Source of the DNA: a bacterium
GTDB lineage: Bacteria; Patescibacteriota; Microgenomatia; UBA1400; UBA12108
Assembly: GCA_037133595.1 (NCBI GenBank)
Contig: JBAXNV010000003.1
Coordinates: 1-55,583 of the forward strand
DNA length: 55,583 nt
Reading direction: 5' to 3'
Shown here: piece after piece, positions 46,746 through 54,418 of the stretch
Layout: each line of letters starts with the position of its first letter
Position numbering within the stretch: position 1 is the first letter of the stretch
Made by a program: the position numbers and the translations under genes
The notes under the pieces: generated by a model
The model's database searches: none
What the model was told of the DNA's origin: nothing
Seen by the model: the letters and a program-made list of their open reading frames with translations, nothing else

Positions 46746-47573
46746 TTACCTTTCTTTTGATTCTAATTGTTTGATTGATTTATTACCTACTAAGGAATGC
46801 ATTTGAGATATTGCAGTACTATTAAGACTCATCAATCTCTTTGCTTGAGTTATCCCTTGATTAATGTATAGGGCATTCAAGGATTCTAGATTGGCGAGTA
46901 CCACCAGCTGTGTCACATCTGCGTAGTCCCGAATGTTCCCTGTGAGATTCTTGTGAGAATCGCGCCAATCCCTGGCCGTCTGACCAAATAATGCAACGTT
47001 GAGGACGTCGGCTTCGCTGCCGTAAATTATATTTTCTTGTGATTTGGCGATTGTCTTGGGGATCAAGTTTTCCTTAATTGCATCTGTGTGAATACGATAG
47101 TTGATCTTGGTAAGCTGTCTTTTTACATCCCAACCTAAGGATAGTCTTTCATTTTCAATTTCTTTAAGCCGCTGAAACTCTTTAATTAAATAAAGTCTAA
47201 ATTCTGGGGATATCCAAGTGGCAAACTCAAACGCGATATCTTTGTGGGCAAAAGTCCCCCCGCCATTCCCCGATCTTGAGATTATGCCAATTGCCCCCGT
47301 TTTTTCAATCCACTTTTGTGGTGAAAGGACAAAATAATTTTCTCCGGACTCGGAGCGAAAGGAGTCGAATTCGACCCCTTTGAAATTGGGATTATTGATT
47401 TTTTCCCATGCACCCAAAAAATTAATTGTTGTTCTGGATCTCATCCAGTTCTTTACAATGTCCTTTGGCTCATCTTGATTTTTGTATCGAGCAATATCTG
47501 TGAGCGAAATATAATCTTTGTCATTTTGCACAAAGGTATATATTTCTAGTCCTTGAGTCGCAATTTTCTTCAT
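46746..47573 (-). CDS. KilA-N domain DNA-binding protein
   Basis: DYISLTDIA, NWMR...T..FLG.WE..NNPNF, GGTFAHKDIAFEFA.WISPEF and KINYRIHTDAIK motifs. Confidence 0.9.
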   Translation of the reverse strand: MKKIATQGLEIYTFVQNDKDYISLTDIARYKNQDEPKDIVKNWMRSRTTINFLGAWEKINNPNFKGVEFDSFRSESGENYFVLSPQKWIEKTGAIGIISRSGNGGGTFAHKDIAFEFATWISPEFRLYLIKEFQRLKEIENERLSLGWDVKRQLTKINYRIHTDAIKENLIPKTIAKSQENIIYGSEADVLNVALFGQTARDWRDSHKNLTGNIRDYADVTQLVVLANLESLNALYINQGITQAKRLMSLNSTAISQMHSLVGNKSIKQLESKER

Positions 47574-47602
47574 AGATTATCTAATAATACCTAATTCAAG
47601 CC

Positions 47603-47675
47603 GTCATCCCGAGCATAGTCGAGGGATCTTTACAGAATAAATCTCTCGATTTCACTTCGTTTCACTCGAGATGAC
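47603..47675. repeat. REP-like palindromic element GTCATCCCGAG...CTCGAGATGAC
   Basis: Terminal inverted repeats gtcatcccgag / ctcgagatgac with inner tcgagggat / atctctcga. Confidence 0.75.
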
Positions 47676-47708
47676 ATAACTTATTGTATAGTCATGTTAA
47701 TGTTATTG

Positions 47709-47743
47709 AATCCCATAACATTAAATCCCATAACATTAAATCC
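47709..47743. repeat. 15-bp tandem repeat aatcccataacatta x2.3
   Basis: Read directly. Confidence 0.85.
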
Positions 47744-47767
47744 AAGTGCGTTGATTTTCTTCATAGA

Positions 47768-49981
47768 TTATTTTACTACTTGGATTTCTCCAATCTCGCC
47801 ACCACAGAACTTCTTAATATATTCGGCGCCTTTTTGGAGAGCAGAGACAACTTCTTCTTGTGAAAGTCCTGGCGCGCCATCGGCGTAGAGAATAATATCT
47901 TTTGTTTTTTCAGTGATTTTAGTTGCGTCGATGTCTCTGTAATTTAGATCGAGTGTAATCAACTTTTCGGCGTCGGAATATGCAATCTCACCTTCCAAAA
48001 CTATTGTGAGAGCATCGTCTCCAAGGAGCTGCATTTGCTCACCCGACTTGGTTAACGTGAGAGTTACTGGAAAGCTCATTTTGCTTAGATCAAATCCGCC
48101 GAGACCTACGGCGGTCTCAATAACTGCAAGGTTGTACGCGTCGACGGCAGTGTTAATGTTGTAGATACCCTTGCCTGTTGCAAGGCGACGAAGTAGGGCT
48201 TCGGGAGATGGTTTACGACTTTGTTGCCATGCGCCTGTTGCTTTGAAAAGTTTTCGATATTCACTAATTGGTTTGAGCTCACCGATTGCCTCAACATCGT
48301 GGGTGTTTACCGCAATAATTTTGTCTGATAGTTCTTTTAGTTCTGGGTTCGACTTTTGGATATCTACACCTTCGATTGTCGTGAATGCATAGAACATGCC
48401 AGGAAATTTGTCTTTGATCGTTTGATCAATAGTTCCAGAGACTTCACCAGCGACAGCTTTTTTGGCTGGGGCTTCTTCTTTGAGCCCATAAATCTCACGA
48501 GTGAGGGGATCGATGTGACGCTTCATCTGTGGGAACAAAGTACCCTCGCGCGCGGTAACTCCCTCCAAGAACCAAAACAGGCGCTCTGATATCCCAACAC
48601 CTGATGTGGGAGGCATTCCATACTCAAGCATTTCGACAAAATCAATATCTAACATCTGACTCTCAGCGTCACCACTGTCGCGCGCAGATTGTTGCTCCTG
48701 GAAGCGAGCGAGCTGATCCTGCGGGTCATTGAGCTCACTATAGCCGTTGCCAAGCTCACTGCCGGCCAAGATTACGTGGAAGCGCTCGGTTAGCCTCTCG
48801 TCCCCTGGCTTACTTTTGGCAAGCGGCGACATAAACTTGGGCTCGTTGACGAGGAAGGCGGGGCCAGCGATGGTTTTCCTGATTATTTTCCAGAGATTGT
48901 CTATTAGGCGGCCTTTACCACTGCCTGGCTCAAGTTTTATTTTGTGGTCTTTGAGCACGGATAACATTTTTTCTTCGGAATCAGTATAAATGTCGACGCC
49001 CAGTTTTTCTTTAATAACATTGCCAAAGTCGATTTCTGGCCAATCAGCGGCTAGATCGAAAGCGTGTTCTTCGCGGGTGAAGGTGGTTGTGCCATAGACC
49101 TCTTGTGCTATCTTGCGGAACAAGTCGCGAGTAAAAAGCATATTGTCTCGGTAGTCGGCATAAGCCCAGTACCATTCGAGCTGGTAGTATTCTTGGAGAT
49201 GCTCGTCGTCTATGCCTTCGTTTCTAAAGTTGGGGGCAAGGGTAAAGATCTTTTCGTAGCCGCCGCCGATCAGGCGCTTGAGATAGAGCTCGGTACTAAT
49301 GCGCAAGTAAAAAGTTTCATCGAGGGCGTCGTGATGGGTAACAAAAGGCTTGGCATCGGCACCGCCTGTTACATGTTCGAGTACTGGAGTCTCAACCTCG
49401 ACAAAGCCATGGCTAGCCATAAAAGAGCGAGATACAGACCAAAACTTGCTCTTGCGCATAAACATATCGCGACGATCCCGGTTGAGTGTAAGGTCAAGGT
49501 AGCGGCGACGAAACATGAGATCTTTGTCCTCTAGGCCATTCCAGCTATCGGGGAGTGGTCGAAGGGATTTGGTTAACAGATGCACTGCTTTGGCAGCGAT
49601 CGAGATGGCACCAGTTTTGGTTTTGAGTATCGTGCCATCAATCTGAACAAAGTCACCAACATCAAGAAGATTGAGATTGGAAAACCCAATAGTATTATCG
49701 GAAGGATTAGTTGCTACAAGCTCACCATCTTTGACAAAGATTTGAAGCCGCCCGCTCTCGTCTTCGAGATCGCCAAAAATTAGTTTGCCGTGCTCGCGCA
49801 GCGCCATGAGGCGGCCGGTAAGGCTGACTGTTTGGTTTTCGTACTTGTCGAAGTTGGTAATAACTTCTTGGTTGTTGACAGTTTTTTGACTATGGGCAGG
49901 GTAGCCAGAGAGACCCAGAGCTATAAGCTTATTGAGCTTGTCGATCCTAACATTTCGTATTTCTTGAAGTCTAGATGCCAT
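47768..49981 (-). CDS. lysS: Lysine--tRNA ligase (class II) with C-terminal B3/4 domain
   Basis: OB fold, GGADAKPF.THH, YLRISTELYLKRL, FRNEGID, ELGNGYSELNDP and GMPPT.G.G motifs, then 'KPSPEALLRR...INTAVDAYN...G.FDL...YRD...TKI' B3/4. Confidence 0.96.
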   Translation of the reverse strand: MASRLQEIRNVRIDKLNKLIALGLSGYPAHSQKTVNNQEVITNFDKYENQTVSLTGRLMALREHGKLIFGDLEDESGRLQIFVKDGELVATNPSDNTIGFSNLNLLDVGDFVQIDGTILKTKTGAISIAAKAVHLLTKSLRPLPDSWNGLEDKDLMFRRRYLDLTLNRDRRDMFMRKSKFWSVSRSFMASHGFVEVETPVLEHVTGGADAKPFVTHHDALDETFYLRISTELYLKRLIGGGYEKIFTLAPNFRNEGIDDEHLQEYYQLEWYWAYADYRDNMLFTRDLFRKIAQEVYGTTTFTREEHAFDLAADWPEIDFGNVIKEKLGVDIYTDSEEKMLSVLKDHKIKLEPGSGKGRLIDNLWKIIRKTIAGPAFLVNEPKFMSPLAKSKPGDERLTERFHVILAGSELGNGYSELNDPQDQLARFQEQQSARDSGDAESQMLDIDFVEMLEYGMPPTSGVGISERLFWFLEGVTAREGTLFPQMKRHIDPLTREIYGLKEEAPAKKAVAGEVSGTIDQTIKDKFPGMFYAFTTIEGVDIQKSNPELKELSDKIIAVNTHDVEAIGELKPISEYRKLFKATGAWQQSRKPSPEALLRRLATGKGIYNINTAVDAYNLAVIETAVGLGGFDLSKMSFPVTLTLTKSGEQMQLLGDDALTIVLEGEIAYSDAEKLITLDLNYRDIDATKITEKTKDIILYADGAPGLSQEEVVSALQKGAEYIKKFCGGEIGEIQVVK

Positions 49982-49997
49982 GGCTGAATTATAACAG

Positions 49998-50465
49998 CTA
50001 GTTAATCTTTTTTATTTTGTAGATCACTTTGCCGGCGGGAGCTTCGATCTCGACAGAATCTCCCTTTTTCTTACCTAAGAGTGCCAAGCCGAGAGGGCTT
50101 GTGTGGCTGATCTTTTTCTTCATGGGATCTGCCTCCCACTCGCCAACAACCTCATATGTATGCTGTTTGCCAGATATTTCGACTGTAACGCGACAGCCTA
50201 TACCAACGCCATCTTTGGGACTGGCGTCTTCTACAACCTCAGCTTTGCCTACTAGCTCTTCGAGCTCTTCAATACGACCTTCGATAAAGCTTAGTTCTTC
50301 CTTGGCACTGTGATACTCGGCGTTTTCGGAGAGATCGCCAAAGTCGCGGGCACGAGCTACACGCTCAATCGCAACTGGAAGTTTTTGGTTTTTGAGCTCG
50401 TCAATTTCGCTATGAATCTCGGATATTCCCGATTTGGTAAATTGAATTTTGGTGTTGGTGGTCAT
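49998..50465 (-). CDS. greA: Transcription elongation factor GreA
   Basis: GDLSENAEYH.AK and ISHTSPLG.ALLG motifs. Confidence 0.98.
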   Translation of the reverse strand: MTTNTKIQFTKSGISEIHSEIDELKNQKLPVAIERVARARDFGDLSENAEYHSAKEELSFIEGRIEELEELVGKAEVVEDASPKDGVGIGCRVTVEISGKQHTYEVVGEWEADPMKKKISHTSPLGLALLGKKKGDSVEIEAPAGKVIYKIKKIN

Positions 50466-50479
50466 GGGACCTCCGTATA

Positions 50480-50509
50480 AGAATAAAGAGCCCTCTGAAT
50501 GAGGGTCTC
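50480..50509 (-). terminator. Intrinsic terminator-like hairpin between pgk and greA
   Basis: Minus strand: GAGACCCUC-AUUCA-GAGGGCUC-UUUAUUCU. Confidence 0.6.
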
Positions 50510-50513
50510 GAGA

Positions 50514-50541
50514 ATGATATCAAACCTAATACTTTAGTCAA
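50514..50541 (-). promoter_or_regulatory. Putative sigma70 promoter for greA-lysS
   Basis: TTGACT-16 nt-TATCAT with a TG extension. Confidence 0.5.
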
Positions 50542-50567
50542 TATGCATATAGTATGTCTGTATAAGC

Positions 50568-51653
50568 TTAGCTAGTTGTGAGTGGAATAAGTGCAGGAAG
50601 AGTGCCCTTTTCGATAAGCTCAAGCATTGCCCCCCCGCCAGTACTAATAAAGTCTATTCGCTCCAAATGAGTGTGGTCTTTGATGGCGGTTAATGTGTCG
50701 CCACCGCCTACAATAACCATGGCTGGCTCATTGCTGGTAAGAGCCTCATAGATACTATCTGTACCCAAAGCAAAGCGCGAATCTTCAAAAATCCCCATTG
50801 GTCCATTCCAGATTATTGTTTTGCCGCTAGCAATAACGCGTGCAAATTCCTGACGCGTATTTGGCCCAATATCAACAATGCGATCATTGTCCCAAACATA
50901 ATCTGATGGAAGAATAATCCTCGCTTTCCCAACGCCACCTTCGAGCAATTTTTCGGCAACGCCAATTTTGTCTTTTTCGACGAGACTATTTTTGATATCA
51001 ACACTGCGGGCTGCAAGAAAAGTATTGGCCATGCCACCACCAATAAGAATGATATCGGCCTTAAGTGATAGCACTTCCAAGAGACCAATCTTGTCTTTGA
51101 CTTTGGCTCCACCAATAATGACAACAAAAGGGCGAGTAGGCGACTCTAGATTCTTGAGGATTGTATTAACTTCTTCGATAAGCCCAAACCCAGCAAAACT
51201 AGGAAGAATCTTGGGGAGATAGGTTATTGAGGTTGCGTCTCTATGGCTTTCGCCAAAAGCCTCGTTTACATAAATGTCTTGGTCTTTGGCAAGCTCTCTG
51301 GCAAACTCCTCACTACCCTCCTCTTCGCGCGAATCAAAACGTAGATTCTCTAAGAGACTAATCTTCCCAGGAATGTTAAAGGCAACTGGTTCCCCCAATA
51401 GCTCGCTTAGGTGGGCTGCGACTGGAGACAGAGACTTGGCAGGATCTACCACACCAGCTGGTTTGCCAAAATGTGCGATGAGAGTAATGCTCTTAACCTG
51501 ATGCGCAAGAAGATATTCTATTGTAGGGATAGTGTGGCGGATGCGCGTATCATCGACTACTTTGAGGGTACGGCCAAGCGAAACATTGTAATCGACTCGC
51601 ATAAGTATGCGCTTGCCTGTAACATTTGCCGTTTCGATACTTTTTAGTTGCAT
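50568..51653 (-). CDS. pgk: Phosphoglycerate kinase
   Basis: RVDYNV, LLENLRF, GGAKV.DKI, WNGPMG.FE, GGGDT and STGGGA motifs. Confidence 0.97.
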   Translation of the reverse strand: MQLKSIETANVTGKRILMRVDYNVSLGRTLKVVDDTRIRHTIPTIEYLLAHQVKSITLIAHFGKPAGVVDPAKSLSPVAAHLSELLGEPVAFNIPGKISLLENLRFDSREEEGSEEFARELAKDQDIYVNEAFGESHRDATSITYLPKILPSFAGFGLIEEVNTILKNLESPTRPFVVIIGGAKVKDKIGLLEVLSLKADIILIGGGMANTFLAARSVDIKNSLVEKDKIGVAEKLLEGGVGKARIILPSDYVWDNDRIVDIGPNTRQEFARVIASGKTIIWNGPMGIFEDSRFALGTDSIYEALTSNEPAMVIVGGGDTLTAIKDHTHLERIDFISTGGGAMLELIEKGTLPALIPLTTS

Positions 51654-53002
51654 TAGTCTCCTTGATATTCTCGATAAGTATGTACGCGATTTTCGATTAG
51701 CGCATAGTAGCTGGTAACGGAAAGAGTATGAGCGATATTGAGTGCAGAAAATATTTTGTCGGCTTTTTTGGCGATACTATCTCGCAACTTGGCTTTTGTA
51801 TCGGTATCGATATCCCATATTTCTTGCTTAAAATCGCCCCAAGCCCTTTTGCGAGATTTGTAGATATGCTGAGCATCGGTTTGAGTGTTATCTTTTTTGG
51901 TTGTTAATAAATGGGTATAAATTTTATTCTTAAGATCTTTGGGGAAATTGGGGCTATCAAAAAGAATATTTTGCCAGCCTGTTGCGAGATGAATCTCTAA
52001 TGTTTTGGCTTTGGGAAAAAGATGAAACTCAGAATCTGGGAGAGTTGAGGCCCCGTGCTGGACACTCCCCCCAACCTCATATTTTTTGCCTGCAACAGTA
52101 ATGTCTTTTAGAACATCAAAGTCTATTGTCATCTTGGCTAGTGTGCCATCTTTATTTACAACCCCACCATGACTAGTGCCAGTTTGTACACTTACTTTAC
52201 TTATCCCTTCCATGTTTTTGCCGAGTATCTCATTAACACCTGTGATGAAGGTACTAAAATCTTCAACGGTCGAGTTTTTGTCGCCAATGTGGCCGATCTC
52301 GCCGCCTATTGATATGGAGAGACCTACAGGCTGAGAATCCCTTACATAGCGAGCAAGCCGTACTGTCCAATCTACATTGGCTTGTTGTTGAGCTACTATG
52401 GAAGGTAACGTGGTGTCAACGAGCGTGCTTGCATCGATATCGATATTAAAAAATCCCGCACGAATGCAACGCTTGATATGATGCTGTAGACGAGATTTTT
52501 CATTTTCTTGTGCAACCCCAGCAGAACTGGCGCGAAGCTGTGTGTGATCAGCCTGCAGGAAAACTGGCCCGCGAAACCCCTCTCGGACAGCTGCTGCAAG
52601 AACCACTGTTGCATACTCTTCGGGGGTTTGAGCAGTATATTCCATTTCACCTGCAGAAAGCTCAAAAATCACTGCCCCAATTGCATGTTTATTCATGGTA
52701 GAAAAGATGGCGCGGGCACTGTCGTATACCAAACCCCTAAGATTAATGGCTGGCACTGTAAAGTTGTCGTCCAACTCTTGGCGAGCACGAGCTTTGTAAA
52801 GTGCATTGATGCTCGCAACTCTAACGCCGCGCAAACGCGCAACCTCGCCGATTACCCAACGAGTTTGAATCTTGGTTTCGCGATCACCAAAAACGGCAGC
52901 GTAAATGATTGCATCCCAACCACGCGAGCGAAGCTTGGTGGGCTCGACAATAACAACGTGATTATTCCTAATTTTCAGCCCTGCGTCAGCATATGAAGTC
53001 AT
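51653..53002 (-). CDS. Class II fructose-bisphosphate aldolase family protein (long form)
   Basis: VPAIN, QADH, IDIDAS, GGEIGHIG, GTSHGG and VQHGAS motifs; coupled to pgk. Confidence 0.88.
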   Translation of the reverse strand: MTSYADAGLKIRNNHVVIVEPTKLRSRGWDAIIYAAVFGDRETKIQTRWVIGEVARLRGVRVASINALYKARARQELDDNFTVPAINLRGLVYDSARAIFSTMNKHAIGAVIFELSAGEMEYTAQTPEEYATVVLAAAVREGFRGPVFLQADHTQLRASSAGVAQENEKSRLQHHIKRCIRAGFFNIDIDASTLVDTTLPSIVAQQQANVDWTVRLARYVRDSQPVGLSISIGGEIGHIGDKNSTVEDFSTFITGVNEILGKNMEGISKVSVQTGTSHGGVVNKDGTLAKMTIDFDVLKDITVAGKKYEVGGSVQHGASTLPDSEFHLFPKAKTLEIHLATGWQNILFDSPNFPKDLKNKIYTHLLTTKKDNTQTDAQHIYKSRKRAWGDFKQEIWDIDTDTKAKLRDSIAKKADKIFSALNIAHTLSVTSYYALIENRVHTYREYQGD

Positions 53003-53030
53003 ATATTAAGTCGTGTACAATGATATCTCT

Positions 53031-54236
53031 ATGAAACCACAAAAATCGGCAAATGACAAAGCCCTATTCACCATCTTCTTGGTCGTACTTATCGACCTCT
53101 TGGGCTTTGGGATTATTTTGCCACTATTGCCATATATTGCCGAGCAGTACAGCGCCAGCCCCCTACAGATAGGACTGCTGGCTGCAAGTTACTCATTTTT
53201 TCAGTTTATCGCTGGGCCAATACTAGGTAGATTGTCGGATCGATATGGCCGCAAGAAACTCTTGGTTATCTCGCAGTTTGGTAGCGTACTTGGCTATATT
53301 ATGCTTGGGCTAGCCAACTCGCTGCCTCTACTTTTCTTGTCCCGAATTATTGATGGCATTACTGGTGGCAATATCTCGATTGCTCAGGCATATGTGGCCG
53401 ATGTCACTACCAAGGAGAATAGAGCCAAAGCGATGGGAATGATTGGAGCGGCGTTTGGACTTGGATTTATGCTTGGGCCAGCTATCGGTGGTTACCTTTC
53501 GCGCTTTGGATACTTTGTTCCGGCTTACTTTGCTGCTGCAATTGGGCTTGTGACCACCTTTATGACAGCGTTTGTGCTTAAAGAAACTGTCAACCTAAGA
53601 GACGCCGCCAAAAACCCCAAGAGCGCGCTTACTTTGGAAAGATTTAGAGAAGTATTTCAGATTCACCCAATGGGATTGTTGATTGTGGTTTATTTTTTGG
53701 TCAACCTAGGATTTTCTGTGATGCAAGGGGTTTATGCGCTTTGGTCGCAAAAACAGTTTGGTTGGGGGCCAACGCAGGTTGGGAGTTTGTTTGCATTTAT
53801 TGGGATCATGTCGATTATTGCCCAACTTAAGATATTGCCATGGTTTTTGAAAAATTTTGGCGAGCGAATGTCTCTAAAGATGGCACTACCCCTTATGGCA
53901 ATCGGGTTTTTGCTTATCCCCATTAGTACTATTTTTGGTGGGCTTGCTGTACATCTTCTTGCCAATGTTTTTATCTCGCTTGGCAATAGCCTTAGCAACC
54001 CTACAATCACCGCCATTGCCTCGGAGAACGTGCCCAAGGAAGAATATGGCGGAACACTAGGGATACTACAGTCGGCAGCCTCTGTTGGGAGGATTGGGGG
54101 GCCAATTCTTGGAGGGTGGCTATTTACCATGCTTGGAGTAGACTCGCCTTTTGTTGTTTCGGCGATACTTTTTGTGGTTGCTACTTATATGGTGGTGACA
54201 CAACTTGAGCACACAAGACCAAGTAGTGGCAAGTGA
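53031..54236 (+). CDS. MFS transporter, TetA/DHA1-like
   Basis: GRLSDRYGRK motif A, RIIDGITGG and AFGLGF.LGPAIGG motif C; 12 TM segments. Confidence 0.92.
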   Translation: MKPQKSANDKALFTIFLVVLIDLLGFGIILPLLPYIAEQYSASPLQIGLLAASYSFFQFIAGPILGRLSDRYGRKKLLVISQFGSVLGYIMLGLANSLPLLFLSRIIDGITGGNISIAQAYVADVTTKENRAKAMGMIGAAFGLGFMLGPAIGGYLSRFGYFVPAYFAAAIGLVTTFMTAFVLKETVNLRDAAKNPKSALTLERFREVFQIHPMGLLIVVYFLVNLGFSVMQGVYALWSQKQFGWGPTQVGSLFAFIGIMSIIAQLKILPWFLKNFGERMSLKMALPLMAIGFLLIPISTIFGGLAVHLLANVFISLGNSLSNPTITAIASENVPKEEYGGTLGILQSAASVGRIGGPILGGWLFTMLGVDSPFVVSAILFVVATYMVVTQLEHTRPSSGK

Positions 54237-54418
54237 GATATTCAATAATAATAAATTGGTTGTTAGTGAGCTAAGATAGTTCTTGCACAGAACCCACTCT
54301 TATTACTGGTTTAATGGCTATGTTTAATTGATTTTAATCTTGCGATCGAACTATGTCAGTAGAACGCAAAAGAAAAACTCCTCGTCGTTTTGGCAATACT
54401 TTTTGTGGTTGCTACTTA
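54151..54418 (+). repeat. Direct repeat of the MFS 3' region (exact 23 bp at 54165-54187 and 54396-54418)
   Basis: atactttttgtggttgctactta occurs twice; the similarity extends about 14 nt upstream with mismatches. Confidence 0.85.

Larger units (their letters stand above)
47563..47771. repeat. 18-bp direct repeat attttcttcatagattat (47563-47580 and 47754-47771)
   Basis: Exact match. One copy spans the lysS stop and the other spans the KilA-N start. Confidence 0.8.

Noticed and set aside
47694-47743. Short repeats as a CRISPR array
   Set aside because: 15-bp tandem units with no spacers and no cas genes.
53031-54236. Calling the MFS gene tetA
   Set aside because: The family motifs are shared by many DHA1 transporters, there is no tetR, and the substrate cannot be determined from sequence.
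54151-54418. Imperfect repeat as a DGR template/variable pair
   Set aside because: It is too short and there is no reverse transcriptase in the window. The mismatches look like ordinary transitions.
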